A stretch of 64,000 nt of DNA from Candidatus Woesearchaeota archaeon (GCA_964372205.1 CAYJQB010000001.1:13180-77179), one strand, 5' to 3'. Shown: positions 1-8,466, numbered from the stretch's first letter. Notes: a model not told the origin generated them from the sequence alone. Numbers and translations are program-made.

Positions 1-622
1 CTTCAATAATAGGAAAAAAACTTGGCACAATTATAACTTCCTTTCTTTTCCATTTACCAACTAAAAAACATTTATATTTCTCTTTTTTCACACTATTTTT
101 ATCTTGAAGAGTCACAGCGGGATGCGCGTGCCCCATTATCCAATATTTTATTTTTTCATAATAAATTTCTTTAAATTCTTTATTTCCATGAAGAAAAACA
201 AACTCTTTCCACAAATAATAATCAAGGATATCAATACCCTTCCTTTTAATAATATTTTTAGTCATAGTATCATGATTTCCTTTAACAATAACAATCTCTC
301 CGCCATCCTCAATTTTCCCTCTTAAATAATCAATAAATCCATGCACTTCTTTCCACTCGCTTCTCAATATTTTTCCAAACTCGTGTCTCAAGTCCCCTAA
401 CAAAATTATTTTATCAACTCTCTTCTTTCCAATAAAATCAAATACAGCATCCATTTCTTTAATTATTTCTTCGTATATTCCACTTGGCACAAGAATGCCC
501 GAGCTCCGCATAACCTCTTCATATCCTAAATGAAGATCTCCTATAACCAAAGCCCTTTCAACGTCCTTCCCTTTTCCGTACTCTATCAAAAGAGTCTTTC
601 CAATAAAATCTATTTTAATCAT
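1..622 (-). CDS. Metallophosphoesterase (MPE, calcineurin-like), partial; its C-terminal part lies beyond the window start
   Basis: The reverse-complement of 600-622 reads ATG ATT AAA ATA GAT (MIKIDFIGK...). The translation contains the GDLHLG, GDLRHEFG and GNHD metallophosphatase motifs. It lies immediately downstream of the Lhr helicase, matching the Lhr-MPE operon arrangement. Confidence 0.6.
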   Translation of the reverse strand, partial: MIKIDFIGKTLLIEYGKGKDVERALVIGDLHLGYEEVMRSSGILVPSGIYEEIIKEMDAVFDFIGKKRVDKIILLGDLRHEFGKILRSEWKEVHGFIDYLRGKIEDGGEIVIVKGNHDTMTKNIIKRKGIDILDYYLWKEFVFLHGNKEFKEIYYEKIKYWIMGHAHPAVTLQDKNSVKKEKYKCFLVGKWKRKEVIIVPSFFPIIE

Positions 623-636
623 AATTCACGTTCTCC

Positions 637-3234
637 TTAGTTCCCGCCTTTACTTTCAATAACACCCATTTGTAACTTATGCATTCTTCTTAAGAATTGC
701 AGTTTTTCTTCCATTCTTATAAGGTCTGCATGGCTTTGTAATATCAAACTCAATCCAAATGGAGAAACAAGAGGAGTTCTTACTTTCTTCACTTTAATCT
801 TTCCTTTCTCAATAGCATCAAGAATCGCCTTAGCCCTGTGTATGTCCATAACATCCTCAAGAACCTCTCTTCTAGCCTCTTGAAGTATAGGAAACTCGTT
901 ACTTATTTTTTGAACCGCAGCAAGTAAAAAGTGGGAATGCATCTGTTGTTTTCCAACAGTCTTGCTCCTCCCCTTATAATTTCTCAGTATCATTAAGCTT
1001 CTTGAAGCGCAATGCCTAAACCTTCTTCTTAAAACATCAGTTTTTTCAATAGCCTCCTTCAATATTAATTCAATATCTTTTGCTTTAACCCATTTCAAAA
1101 TCTTCTCTTCGTCAAGTTTCTCCCCAGCAATATAAAATCCATTATCGTTTATTCCAATTTCTATATCTCTATGCTTTAAACGAGCGGCCGCAAACCCGTA
1201 AACTCTAGAAAGCGCATCATTCACGCGTCGGCCGTACATACTATGAAATAACAGGTATTCTTTATCACTCTTGAACTTTTCAACTATAAGTTCTTTATCA
1301 GTAGGTATTTCACTAAATCTCGCCTGTTCCGAAAGATAGTCACACATCTGTTCGGCTTCAACATCATCGCAATAAAGATACTCCTTGATAAATTCAATCG
1401 TTTTTTCTTTGTTTTTTATCTTTTCCTTTACAAGCCCCCTGAATTTAGCAATATCTATAGCAACATCATAACTAAGAGGCAACATCTCCGAAAACCAAGA
1501 AGGAATGGTTGGACTTTTAGACACGTCCGCAATAACATACGCTTTCATCCCCTGGCTTCTAACAAACTGATACTTTTGCCCTCCCAAAACAAAAACATCC
1601 CCTCTTTTCATTTTTTCAAGAAAAGCTTCGTCTATCTTCCCAACAATCTGCCCCCTCTTTTCCACTGGAGCACTTATAACTACAGAAATGAACCCCTCTT
1701 CAGGGATTGTTCCTATATTAGTCATATAAATTATTCTCGCAGTCTTTCCTCTCTTTCCAATCTCTCCAGTACCTACATCATACCATATTTTTGCATAAAC
1801 ATTTCTGTGTTCTAAAGCATAATCACCCGCAAGATAAGAAACAACTGCAAAAAAATCTTCCTTACTCAAGGTAGCATAACAATAACTTTTTCTAATAACT
1901 TTTAACATGTCTTCCGCTTTCCAAATTTTTGAAATAGCCATCCCATATATCTGCTGAGCAAGAACATCTAAAGCGTTTTTAGGAATATCCACCTTGTCTA
2001 TTTTGTTTTCTATCATACTCTTCATCATTACTCCACACTCAATAAGGTCGTCCCTATCCGTCACAATAAACCTTCCTTTAGGATTACTATGTAACTTATG
2101 TCCCGCTCTTCCAATTCTCTGCAACGCCCGGGCAACACCCTTAGGAGATCTAAGCAAAACTACAAGGTCCACATTCCCGATATCAATTCCCAGTTCAAGA
2201 CTTGTACTACTCACAACAACTTTCAATTCCCCTTTTCTAAGCTTGTCTTCAATCTCAAATCTTTTTTCTTTGCTCATTGAACTATGATGCGCACCAATAA
2301 GTTCATTATATTTACCTGGAAAGTGCAAATCTAAATAATGAATTATTCTCTCAGTGGCAGCCCTCGTGTTAGTAAATATCAAAGTAGTCTTATGAGTCTG
2401 AATAAGCTCGTCTAAAATTCTATACATTTCTTTCTGACTCTCCACACTGTCTGCTTCAATCAAGTCTCTAGCAGGAGAGATTAGACCAATATCTACTTTT
2501 TTCATTAGTTTTACCTTCGCAATCAAGCAGTCTCTTCCATCCCCCACTAAAAATTTTGCAATCTCTTCCAGAGGAGCAATAGTAGCACTCAACCCAATAC
2601 GCACAGGTTCAATAAGACTAAAATCACAAAGTCTTTCCAGAGTCAAGCTCATATACACCCCTCTTTTATTGGCCATAGCGTGAATTTCATCAACAATGAT
2701 AAATTCCAAGGCTGTAAGATTCTCAACAAATTTAGTTGTAGTAAGAACAATGGCAAGACTCTCAGGAGTTGTAACATAAATATGAGGCACCTTTCTGGTG
2801 TGCTTTGCTCTTTCAGAAGCAGTAGTATCCCCGGTTCTAACACCAACTCTAATCTCTTGCATTTCAATTCCTTTTTCTTTAGCAAGGGCGTATATTTCTT
2901 TAAGAGGAGCTTCAAGGTTTACAAAAATATCATTGCTCAGAGCCTTCAACGGAGAAGTGTAAACAGCATATATTTTATCCTCAAGTTCTTTTTTAAGAGC
3001 AAGTCCAACAAGATAATTAATGATTCCAAGAAAAGCAGTAAGGGTTTTTGTCCCTCCGGTCGGTGCACTTATCAGTATATTTTTTCTATCGTATATTGTT
3101 TTTACCCCGTACAACTGTGTTAAAGAAAAGTCTTCAAATTTCCTAAAAAACCATTCAGCAACAATCGGATGCAATATCTTTCTTACTTCAGCAGCAGCAT
3201 AGGGCTCTTCCATAAAGGCAATTTCCCGAGCCAT
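637..3234 (-). CDS. lhr: Lhr-core superfamily-2 (SF2) ATP-dependent DNA helicase (865 aa)
   Basis: Walker A is APTGGTKT, motif II is DEIH and motif III is SAT. The size fits Lhr-core, and a co-oriented MPE gene lies directly downstream. Confidence 0.85.
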   Translation of the reverse strand: MAREIAFMEEPYAAAEVRKILHPIVAEWFFRKFEDFSLTQLYGVKTIYDRKNILISAPTGGTKTLTAFLGIINYLVGLALKKELEDKIYAVYTSPLKALSNDIFVNLEAPLKEIYALAKEKGIEMQEIRVGVRTGDTTASERAKHTRKVPHIYVTTPESLAIVLTTTKFVENLTALEFIIVDEIHAMANKRGVYMSLTLERLCDFSLIEPVRIGLSATIAPLEEIAKFLVGDGRDCLIAKVKLMKKVDIGLISPARDLIEADSVESQKEMYRILDELIQTHKTTLIFTNTRAATERIIHYLDLHFPGKYNELIGAHHSSMSKEKRFEIEDKLRKGELKVVVSSTSLELGIDIGNVDLVVLLRSPKGVARALQRIGRAGHKLHSNPKGRFIVTDRDDLIECGVMMKSMIENKIDKVDIPKNALDVLAQQIYGMAISKIWKAEDMLKVIRKSYCYATLSKEDFFAVVSYLAGDYALEHRNVYAKIWYDVGTGEIGKRGKTARIIYMTNIGTIPEEGFISVVISAPVEKRGQIVGKIDEAFLEKMKRGDVFVLGGQKYQFVRSQGMKAYVIADVSKSPTIPSWFSEMLPLSYDVAIDIAKFRGLVKEKIKNKEKTIEFIKEYLYCDDVEAEQMCDYLSEQARFSEIPTDKELIVEKFKSDKEYLLFHSMYGRRVNDALSRVYGFAAARLKHRDIEIGINDNGFYIAGEKLDEEKILKWVKAKDIELILKEAIEKTDVLRRRFRHCASRSLMILRNYKGRSKTVGKQQMHSHFLLAAVQKISNEFPILQEARREVLEDVMDIHRAKAILDAIEKGKIKVKKVRTPLVSPFGLSLILQSHADLIRMEEKLQFLRRMHKLQMGVIESKGGN

Positions 3235-3258
3235 GCGTATTTTGTCAGAATCATAGGT

Positions 3259-3999
3259 TTAAAGAACTATCGATACAGGACTATACTCAACAACAGTAAG
3301 GGCCAAAGAGCTAGCAGGCCGTATTGGCTCAGGGTCTTCTCTTTCTTTCCAGTTAGTTAATCTCTGTCTTTCACTATACAACGCTCTCCCAGTGTATTCT
3401 CTTACACTTCTTTCAAATCCTAAAACTTCCACACCTCTTATTTTATCGGAAGGAACTTCAGTAACAATGCTCAATTTTCCCTCCGGAGTCAAAACATAAC
3501 AAACTGACTGCACCAACCCTTCAAACTCTTCTTCTATTTCGAGGACATCATATTCAGGATAATTTCCAACTAGCGGAACAGGCGGAAAGAAAAAGAACGC
3601 TCTTTCAAATTTTCCTAAATGTTTAGGAATATAGCCTCCCAAAGATCTTGCAAAGAGTTTAAGATTTTGTGGCAAATCTTCCAATCCCCTTTTAGTCGCA
3701 AGGTATTTCGCTATTGAACGTATCATCTCCGGATAGGAACGACTTCCAGTGTCATGAATCCTAAATGGATAAGGTTCAACAGCAACTACCTGACTAGCGC
3801 CCCCTAAAGCAAGATCAAAACTGCTATTCAAACACCCTGCCCCAATATCAAGTATCCTTCGTCCACAAATATCTTCTAATAAACCCAAGGAGTCTAATAA
3901 AGAAGAATCGTAGTAATCTCTATTCAAAAGTTTTTCAAGGAGACTCCTTGTTTCTTCATCATTTTCAATCTCTTGCATAATATCCATGTTTTTACCCAT
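3259..3999 (-). CDS. Class I SAM-dependent methyltransferase-like protein
   Basis: An ILDIGAGC glycine-rich motif I is followed by an acidic AVE post-I motif. It is co-oriented with lhr, separated by a 24-nt gap, so it looks like the first gene of the operon. Confidence 0.45.
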   Translation of the reverse strand: MGKNMDIMQEIENDEETRSLLEKLLNRDYYDSSLLDSLGLLEDICGRRILDIGAGCLNSSFDLALGGASQVVAVEPYPFRIHDTGSRSYPEMIRSIAKYLATKRGLEDLPQNLKLFARSLGGYIPKHLGKFERAFFFFPPVPLVGNYPEYDVLEIEEEFEGLVQSVCYVLTPEGKLSIVTEVPSDKIRGVEVLGFERSVREYTGRALYSERQRLTNWKEREDPEPIRPASSLALTVVEYSPVSIVL

Positions 4000-4063
4000 T
4001 AAAATTCATTTTTAAAACTATCCAAACCGAATAACTTTAATACTTCTCAGTACACTTATCTCA

Positions 4064-4333
4064 ATGCCACAGATATCTAAACCAAAAAGAGACAAAATCT
4101 CAGAGCAAATACTCCACTTCCTATTTTCCATCTCTCCAGAATCAATTTTTACATCAAAAATAGCCCAAGAAATCATAAGAGACGAAGAATTCACAAAATC
4201 TCTTCTCCAAGAATTAGAAAAAAACAAACTAGTGGTAAAAATAAAGAAGTCTCCTCAAGGTTCAGATTACCAAAGGAGAGAACGTTGGAGACTTTCCAAT
4301 GAAGTCTATGAAGTTTTCAAGCAGCGACAATAG
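4064..4333 (+). CDS. Small hypothetical protein (89 aa), possibly wHTH
   Basis: Found from the ORF track; it has a charged helical C-terminus. There is no firm family assignment. Confidence 0.3.
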   Translation: MPQISKPKRDKISEQILHFLFSISPESIFTSKIAQEIIRDEEFTKSLLQELEKNKLVVKIKKSPQGSDYQRRERWRLSNEVYEVFKQRQ

Positions 4334-4733
4334 AATAATCCTTACATCCTAACTCTTTTCTAATATCTTCCAAAAGGATATCCCAACTGACTCTATCTAA
4401 TGGTTCAGGCACAATAATCTTTCTCGTTTTATCCAAGTAACTTTCATTAATATCCCAATCTCCGTATCTAACTTCTCTCCTGCCTTGAAAAAAATATCCC
4501 TCAGGAACTTCATTTAGAAGTCTATCAATAGGGGAAGAGAAATCCTCAGGGTATCTTCTTTGAAGCTCAATAAGCTCAGAAGCAATCTCTCTGGGAGACA
4601 AGCCTACCAAAACAAATAACCTAGAATTTATTACTGCAACTCCCAATGTGGGCAATCCAGGTGTTGGGCGATATAAACAAATCCTACCTCTATTCCGAGT
4701 TCTCCATGCCTCAATCTCTTGAGGAGTTATCAT
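4317..4733 (-). CDS. Hypothetical protein (138 aa)
   Basis: ORF only; no recognisable motifs. Confidence 0.35.
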   Translation of the reverse strand: MITPQEIEAWRTRNRGRICLYRPTPGLPTLGVAVINSRLFVLVGLSPREIASELIELQRRYPEDFSSPIDRLLNEVPEGYFFQGRREVRYGDWDINESYLDKTRKIIVPEPLDRVSWDILLEDIRKELGCKDYSIVAA

Positions 4734-4817
4734 TTTACCAGATAAGAGGCTATCGCAATTATATAAACTCTTTCCAATTACCTAAATCCTTAAAATCTCT
4801 TTCTCACTAAGAAAATC

Positions 4818-5543
4818 ATGCAGGAAGACAAAATAAAGGAATCTTTCGCTAACGTAAGGCAAGACATAGATTATCTTTACTACGAGATTCAAGAATTAAA
4901 ACGAACTATAGAAGAAATAAAAGAACTTCAGACAGAAATACTCAAGAAACAGACAGACAACAGACAATCAACAGACACTTCGACACATAATTTGCCTTTA
5001 GAAGACGTAAAAAGCCCAAATTTAACAATCTCCAGTGGAAATGAAGGGGTTCCAACAGACAGACAGACAGACCAACAGACAGACAGACAACCCCCCCATT
5101 TCCTATGGAATAAGAGAGAAAATCTTCAAAATCTATCTTCAAACAACTCAGAAATACACATAAAATCATCAGAAAAAGACAAAATAATGGAAAAATTACC
5201 AATTTTAGCCCAGCTGCACAGGGCCTCAGAATTCCTAGAATCATTAGACGAACTCAAGAAGGAAGTTCGCGTTAAGTTTAAAAAATTAACCTCTCAAGAA
5301 ATGCAAGTGTTTAGTAAAATATATGAATTAGAAGAACAAGGATTAATTGTAGATTATACTCTTCTTGCAGAAAAGCTTTCTTTAACAGAAAGTTCAATAA
5401 GAGATTATGTTCTTAGGTTGATACGAAAAGGAATTCCCGTCGAGAAACACAAAGAAAACAACAAAAGAATAACTCTTTTTATATCAAGAGAATTAAGAAA
5501 AATAGCGCCTTTAGAAACTATTCATCAACTAAGATCCATCTAG
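4818..5543 (+). CDS. Coiled-coil / C-terminal winged-helix DNA-binding protein, paralog A
   Basis: The N-terminus is heptad-rich (ELKRTIEEIKELQTEILKK). The C-terminal HTH (LSLTESSIRDYVLRLIRKG) is alignable with the 5848-6558 protein. The gene contains in-frame (AGAC)n repeats and a C7 tract. Confidence 0.5.
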   Translation: MQEDKIKESFANVRQDIDYLYYEIQELKRTIEEIKELQTEILKKQTDNRQSTDTSTHNLPLEDVKSPNLTISSGNEGVPTDRQTDQQTDRQPPHFLWNKRENLQNLSSNNSEIHIKSSEKDKIMEKLPILAQLHRASEFLESLDELKKEVRVKFKKLTSQEMQVFSKIYELEEQGLIVDYTLLAEKLSLTESSIRDYVLRLIRKGIPVEKHKENNKRITLFISRELRKIAPLETIHQLRSI

Positions 5544-5585
5544 GGAGTTTTCCGGAACACCGAATAAATTTTTAAAGTTTCCACT

Positions 5586-5900
5586 ATGTCAAATTTAAGC
5601 TTTTTAGAGCTTTAAATGCTCAAATTTAAGCTTTTTACTTTTTCCCACCTCAGAAAAATTGCTCACCAGAGGCAATTTTCCCTCATTTTTCCACGAACTT
5701 TAATTTTTTGCACAACTGATCATACTCACTTTTCAACAATTCTTAAAAAACAAAGAAAATCACTCACTTTTACATCAAAATTGAATCCTTTACAATACCC
5801 AAAGGCACTCACTTTTCCACTTTTTTTGAACATTTTTATATCTCTCCTCACTTTTTTTGTTTTTTAGCTGATTTTTTATCTCCCCCAACTCTCACTTTTG
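5586..5900. repeat. Periodic iteron-like direct repeats between the two convergent wHTH paralogs
   Basis: CAAATTTAAGCTTTTTA occurs twice (5590 and 5621). The motif (A/C)CTCACTTTT occurs five times (about 5717, 5763, 5808, 5847 and 5891) with a 39-46 bp period. Confidence 0.6.
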
Positions 5901-6558
5901 CATATTTTAGCAGTTTTTCCCTGATTTCTTCTGGCACATAGACTCTTTTTTTACCATTAGGTTCGGTTAACTCATACACCAAACCCTCACTTTTCTGTTT
6001 TATTGAGTTTATTTGGCCTCTAATTGTAGATCTCTCTTTTCCTAAAAGTCTAGCTAAGTCCTCATAACTAAGTTTCATCTCTTCTTCGGCATTCAAAAGG
6101 GTAAAAACTATCAATCTTTCATTAGCCGACAATTGTTGCAAAATTTGATGAAAATTGGCTGTTTGGACAGCTGTTTGAACAGGTTCTTGAACAGGATAAA
6201 CAGCTGTTTGTTTATCAACACCTGTTTGTTTTTTAAACACCTGTTTGCCTTCCTTTGCAAAATTAATCAAAGAAACAGCCTCTCTGATACTTTCAACCTC
6301 ATCTTGAATCGACGATATTTCCACTCTTAACTCATTTAACACATCAAACAGCTGTTTATCTTTGTTATCTAGGTGTTTAATCCACTTTCCAACTTTGTCA
6401 AAATCATCCTTAACTTCTTGAAAACCCCTTTTAGTGTTTTCTTCCAGTTTTTCTACCTTCTTTTTTCCAGAAAACCAAAACATACTATTTTTTAAACACC
6501 CATCTTTATAAATATTACGCTCAATAAGCCCGGAAAACAGCATTTCAATAAATCCCAA
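5848..6558 (-). CDS. Coiled-coil / C-terminal winged-helix DNA-binding protein, paralog B
   Basis: Same architecture as 4818-5543; the HTH reads LSYEDLARLLGKERSTIRGQI. The gene contains AAACAGCTGTTT palindromes that encode QTAVQT repeats. Confidence 0.5.
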   Translation of the reverse strand: MGFIEMLFSGLIERNIYKDGCLKNSMFWFSGKKKVEKLEENTKRGFQEVKDDFDKVGKWIKHLDNKDKQLFDVLNELRVEISSIQDEVESIREAVSLINFAKEGKQVFKKQTGVDKQTAVYPVQEPVQTAVQTANFHQILQQLSANERLIVFTLLNAEEEMKLSYEDLARLLGKERSTIRGQINSIKQKSEGLVYELTEPNGKKRVYVPEEIREKLLKYAKVRVGGDKKSAKKQKK

Positions 6559-6564
6559 AATAGC

Positions 6565-6685
6565 ACACTTAAACAGCTACAAACACCCTTAAACACCCTA
6601 GGATTTTTTTTAAACAGCTGTTTAAACACCCTTAAACACCCGTTTATCGTCGGTAAATTGTTTAAACACCCTTAAACACCCCAAA
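6565..6685. promoter_or_regulatory. Iteron array upstream of wHTH paralog B
   Basis: The unit AAACACCCTTAAACACCC occurs three times (6581, 6623 and 6663) with a ~41 bp period. AAACAGCTGTTT palindromes are interleaved. Confidence 0.55.
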
Positions 6686-6828
6686 ACAGACCCGTTTCAG
6701 CTAAAAAATTCAAAAAACTCTCCCAAAAGTCTAAAATAGTGCAATTTTTTCAAAAAATTGGAGGAAATATATTTAAACACTACTTGCTTCTAAAAGATAC
6801 TTAATAGAGGTTAAAAGGAGGTGTCAAA

Positions 6829-6972
6829 ATGAAATCAGGTTGGCAAAGTTGGTTAGCTTTGATTGGTGGTATTGTTGCTTTAGTTGGGCAATGGGTAGCA
6901 GGTTATTATTTACCAGCTATAGGCGGAATACTAGCAGTTATAGGCGGAATCGGCGCAATGACATCTAAATAA
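6829..6972 (+). CDS. Small hydrophobic membrane protein (47 aa), not in the ORF track
   Basis: An AAAGGAGGTG Shine-Dalgarno site lies 7 nt upstream of the ATG. The translation MKSGWQSWLALIGGIVALVGQWVAGYYLPAIGGILAVIGGIGAMTSK forms a glycine-zipper transmembrane hairpin. Confidence 0.45.
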   Translation: MKSGWQSWLALIGGIVALVGQWVAGYYLPAIGGILAVIGGIGAMTSK

Positions 6973-7100
6973 ACCGAATAAATTTTTTATTTTTTAACCT
7001 CTTTCTTATTATTTTTTCACACAATTTAAAAAAGAATTTGCCTCAACAGGAGTGAGGCGCGAAGCGCCGAGCGCGCTCGACATAAGAAAACAGAATCAAA

Positions 7101-7451
7101 ATGGCAGAAGAATTTACAAAAAAACAACAAAAAGAAGTAGAGAAAGAAGTAGAAAAACAAGTAGAAAAACGACTGAAAATCTACGAAAAACTGCTCAAAG
7201 AAGGACATGTTTTCAGATCAGAATTCAAAAAAGAAGCATCCACGGCCATAATAGCAGCATTCGGTTTTCTGATAGCTCTTTCATGGAAAGACTTTGTCAC
7301 AAAAATTGCTGAGAATCTTCAAGGCACAGGCATTATGGTTCGGTACCCATACTTAGCAGAGCTGTATGTTGCAGTAATTATTACTGCATTCTCAGTAATA
7401 GGTATAATGCTCATTTCCAGGTGGGCAAAAAAAGAGGATAAAAACAAATGA
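7101..7451 (+). CDS. Membrane protein with a lysine/glutamate-rich N-terminal repeat (116 aa)
   Basis: From the ORF track. It has KEVEKEVEKQVEK repeats and two transmembrane segments, and is a paralog of 7448-7747. Confidence 0.5.
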   Translation: MAEEFTKKQQKEVEKEVEKQVEKRLKIYEKLLKEGHVFRSEFKKEASTAIIAAFGFLIALSWKDFVTKIAENLQGTGIMVRYPYLAELYVAVIITAFSVIGIMLISRWAKKEDKNK

Positions 7452-7747
7452 GAGAAATAAAAAAGAAGACACACTTCTTCTTCATTGGAGGAGAAAACTT
7501 CAAAAAAGAGGTAAGAAGACAAATCAGATTACTAATCATAGTGACTCTTGGATTCACAATAGCATTTACATGGAGACAAACCATCTTTGATGTCGCCCAG
7601 TCACTCGTAATATTTTTCACAAAAGTAGAAGGCTCAGCCGCACTCAGCATACTTACCTCCATATTCATAACTCTTTTAAGTCTTCTTTTAATGCTAATAG
7701 CTTCCTTCTTTTTAAGAGAAAAATCAGCAGAAAACTACAGGTATTAA
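7448..7747 (+). CDS. Membrane protein, paralog of 7101-7451 (99 aa)
   Basis: Its start overlaps the upstream gene (ATGA). The AFTWRQTIFDVAQSL segment is alignable with ALSWKDFVTKIAENL in the paralog. Confidence 0.5.
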   Translation: MREIKKKTHFFFIGGENFKKEVRRQIRLLIIVTLGFTIAFTWRQTIFDVAQSLVIFFTKVEGSAALSILTSIFITLLSLLLMLIASFFLREKSAENYRY

Positions 7748-7789
7748 GGCACCAATAATATTTATTAACTTCAAACACTTAAAAAAAGG

Positions 7790-7951
7790 ATGGCTACAAT
7801 ATCATTAACAATCTCAGCAATACTCGCAATAATTCTAGGATTAGTAATACTTATCTGGCCAAAGCTTCTAAGATGGGCAGTAGGACTTTATCTTTTAATC
7901 TTCGGAATACTTCAACTCTTAGGGAATTACGTAGATTTTTCCCCAATATAA
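7790..7951 (+). CDS. Small membrane protein (53 aa), DUF3096-like, not in the ORF track
   Basis: MATISLTISAILAIILGLVILIWPKLLRWAVGLYLLIFGILQLLGNYVDFSPI forms two transmembrane helices; the resemblance to the DUF3096 pattern is from memory. Confidence 0.4.
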   Translation: MATISLTISAILAIILGLVILIWPKLLRWAVGLYLLIFGILQLLGNYVDFSPI

Positions 7952-7974
7952 TCTAGAAGGAGGTAAAAGAAAAG

Positions 7975-8145
7975 ATGCAAAGTAAATGGTATGGTTGGCT
8001 GGTTCTTTTGATAGGAATTCTATTAATAATCCCAATGTTTGGAGTCGCAGCATTAGGCACGTTAACTTCAGGATTTATTGGTTGGTTCATTCCAATAATA
8101 ATCATCCTCCTAGGAATTCTAGGTATAACGAAAGCTAAAAAGTAA
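7975..8145 (+). CDS. Small membrane protein (56 aa), not in the ORF track
   Basis: An AAGGAGGTAAAAG Shine-Dalgarno site precedes it. MQSKWYGWLVLLIGILLIIPMFGVAALGTLTSGFIGWFIPIIIILLGILGITKAKK is similar in style to the 6829-6972 protein. Confidence 0.45.
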   Translation: MQSKWYGWLVLLIGILLIIPMFGVAALGTLTSGFIGWFIPIIIILLGILGITKAKK

Positions 8146-8159
8146 TGCTAAAACCTTCT

Positions 8160-8215
8160 GCTTTCGCCTAAAACTTCCAACATAACTAATAAGTTCGGAT
8201 TAAGATATTAACGAT
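8160..8215 (+). promoter_or_regulatory. Repeated promoter/leader element, copy 1
   Basis: The sequence CTTTCGCCTAAAACTTCCAACATAACTAATAAGTTCGGATTAAGATA is near-identical to copy 2 and overlaps copy 3. It is followed by an AT-rich TATA-like tract. Confidence 0.5.
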
Positions 8216-8247
8216 AAAATTATAAACCTCCAATTACTAAATTAGTC

Positions 8248-8397
8248 GTGAAAAACGTTAAAGCATTCATAGGAATTCTATTAATCTTATTGATAGTTTT
8301 AGTTTTCTTTGTACCTCTGGGTTCAGGAATGTTTCCTTATATTTTAGTAGGAGTCATACTTCTAGGTCTTATTTGGAAAGTAGCTAAATGGTTTTAA
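8248..8397 (+). CDS. Small membrane protein (49 aa, GTG start), not in the ORF track
   Basis: VKNVKAFIGILLILLIVLVFFVPLGSGMFPYILVGVILLGLIWKVAKWF follows copy 1 of the repeated promoter element. The start codon is uncertain. Confidence 0.35.
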   Translation: MKNVKAFIGILLILLIVLVFFVPLGSGMFPYILVGVILLGLIWKVAKWF

Positions 8398-8466
8398 TCA
8401 ATTTAAAGGATTTATGTGTAAATACTTCGCACAAGATACATTAACTGAACTCAAGAAAAATTCGGG

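Noticed and set aside
104-325. 73-aa plus-strand ORF inside the MPE gene
   Set aside because: It is antisense to a gene with clear metallophosphatase motifs. Its AT-rich low-complexity translation (FFIINFFKFF) is typical of chance ORFs.
6565-6685. Possible CRISPR array (regularly spaced 18-22 bp repeats)
   Set aside because: There are only three units, and each is itself an internal duplication of TTAAACACCC. The spacers are 20-24 bp and share AAACAGCTGTTT palindromes, so they are not unique spacers. There are no cas genes, leader or terminal degenerate repeat. Operator or iteron sites are a better interpretation.
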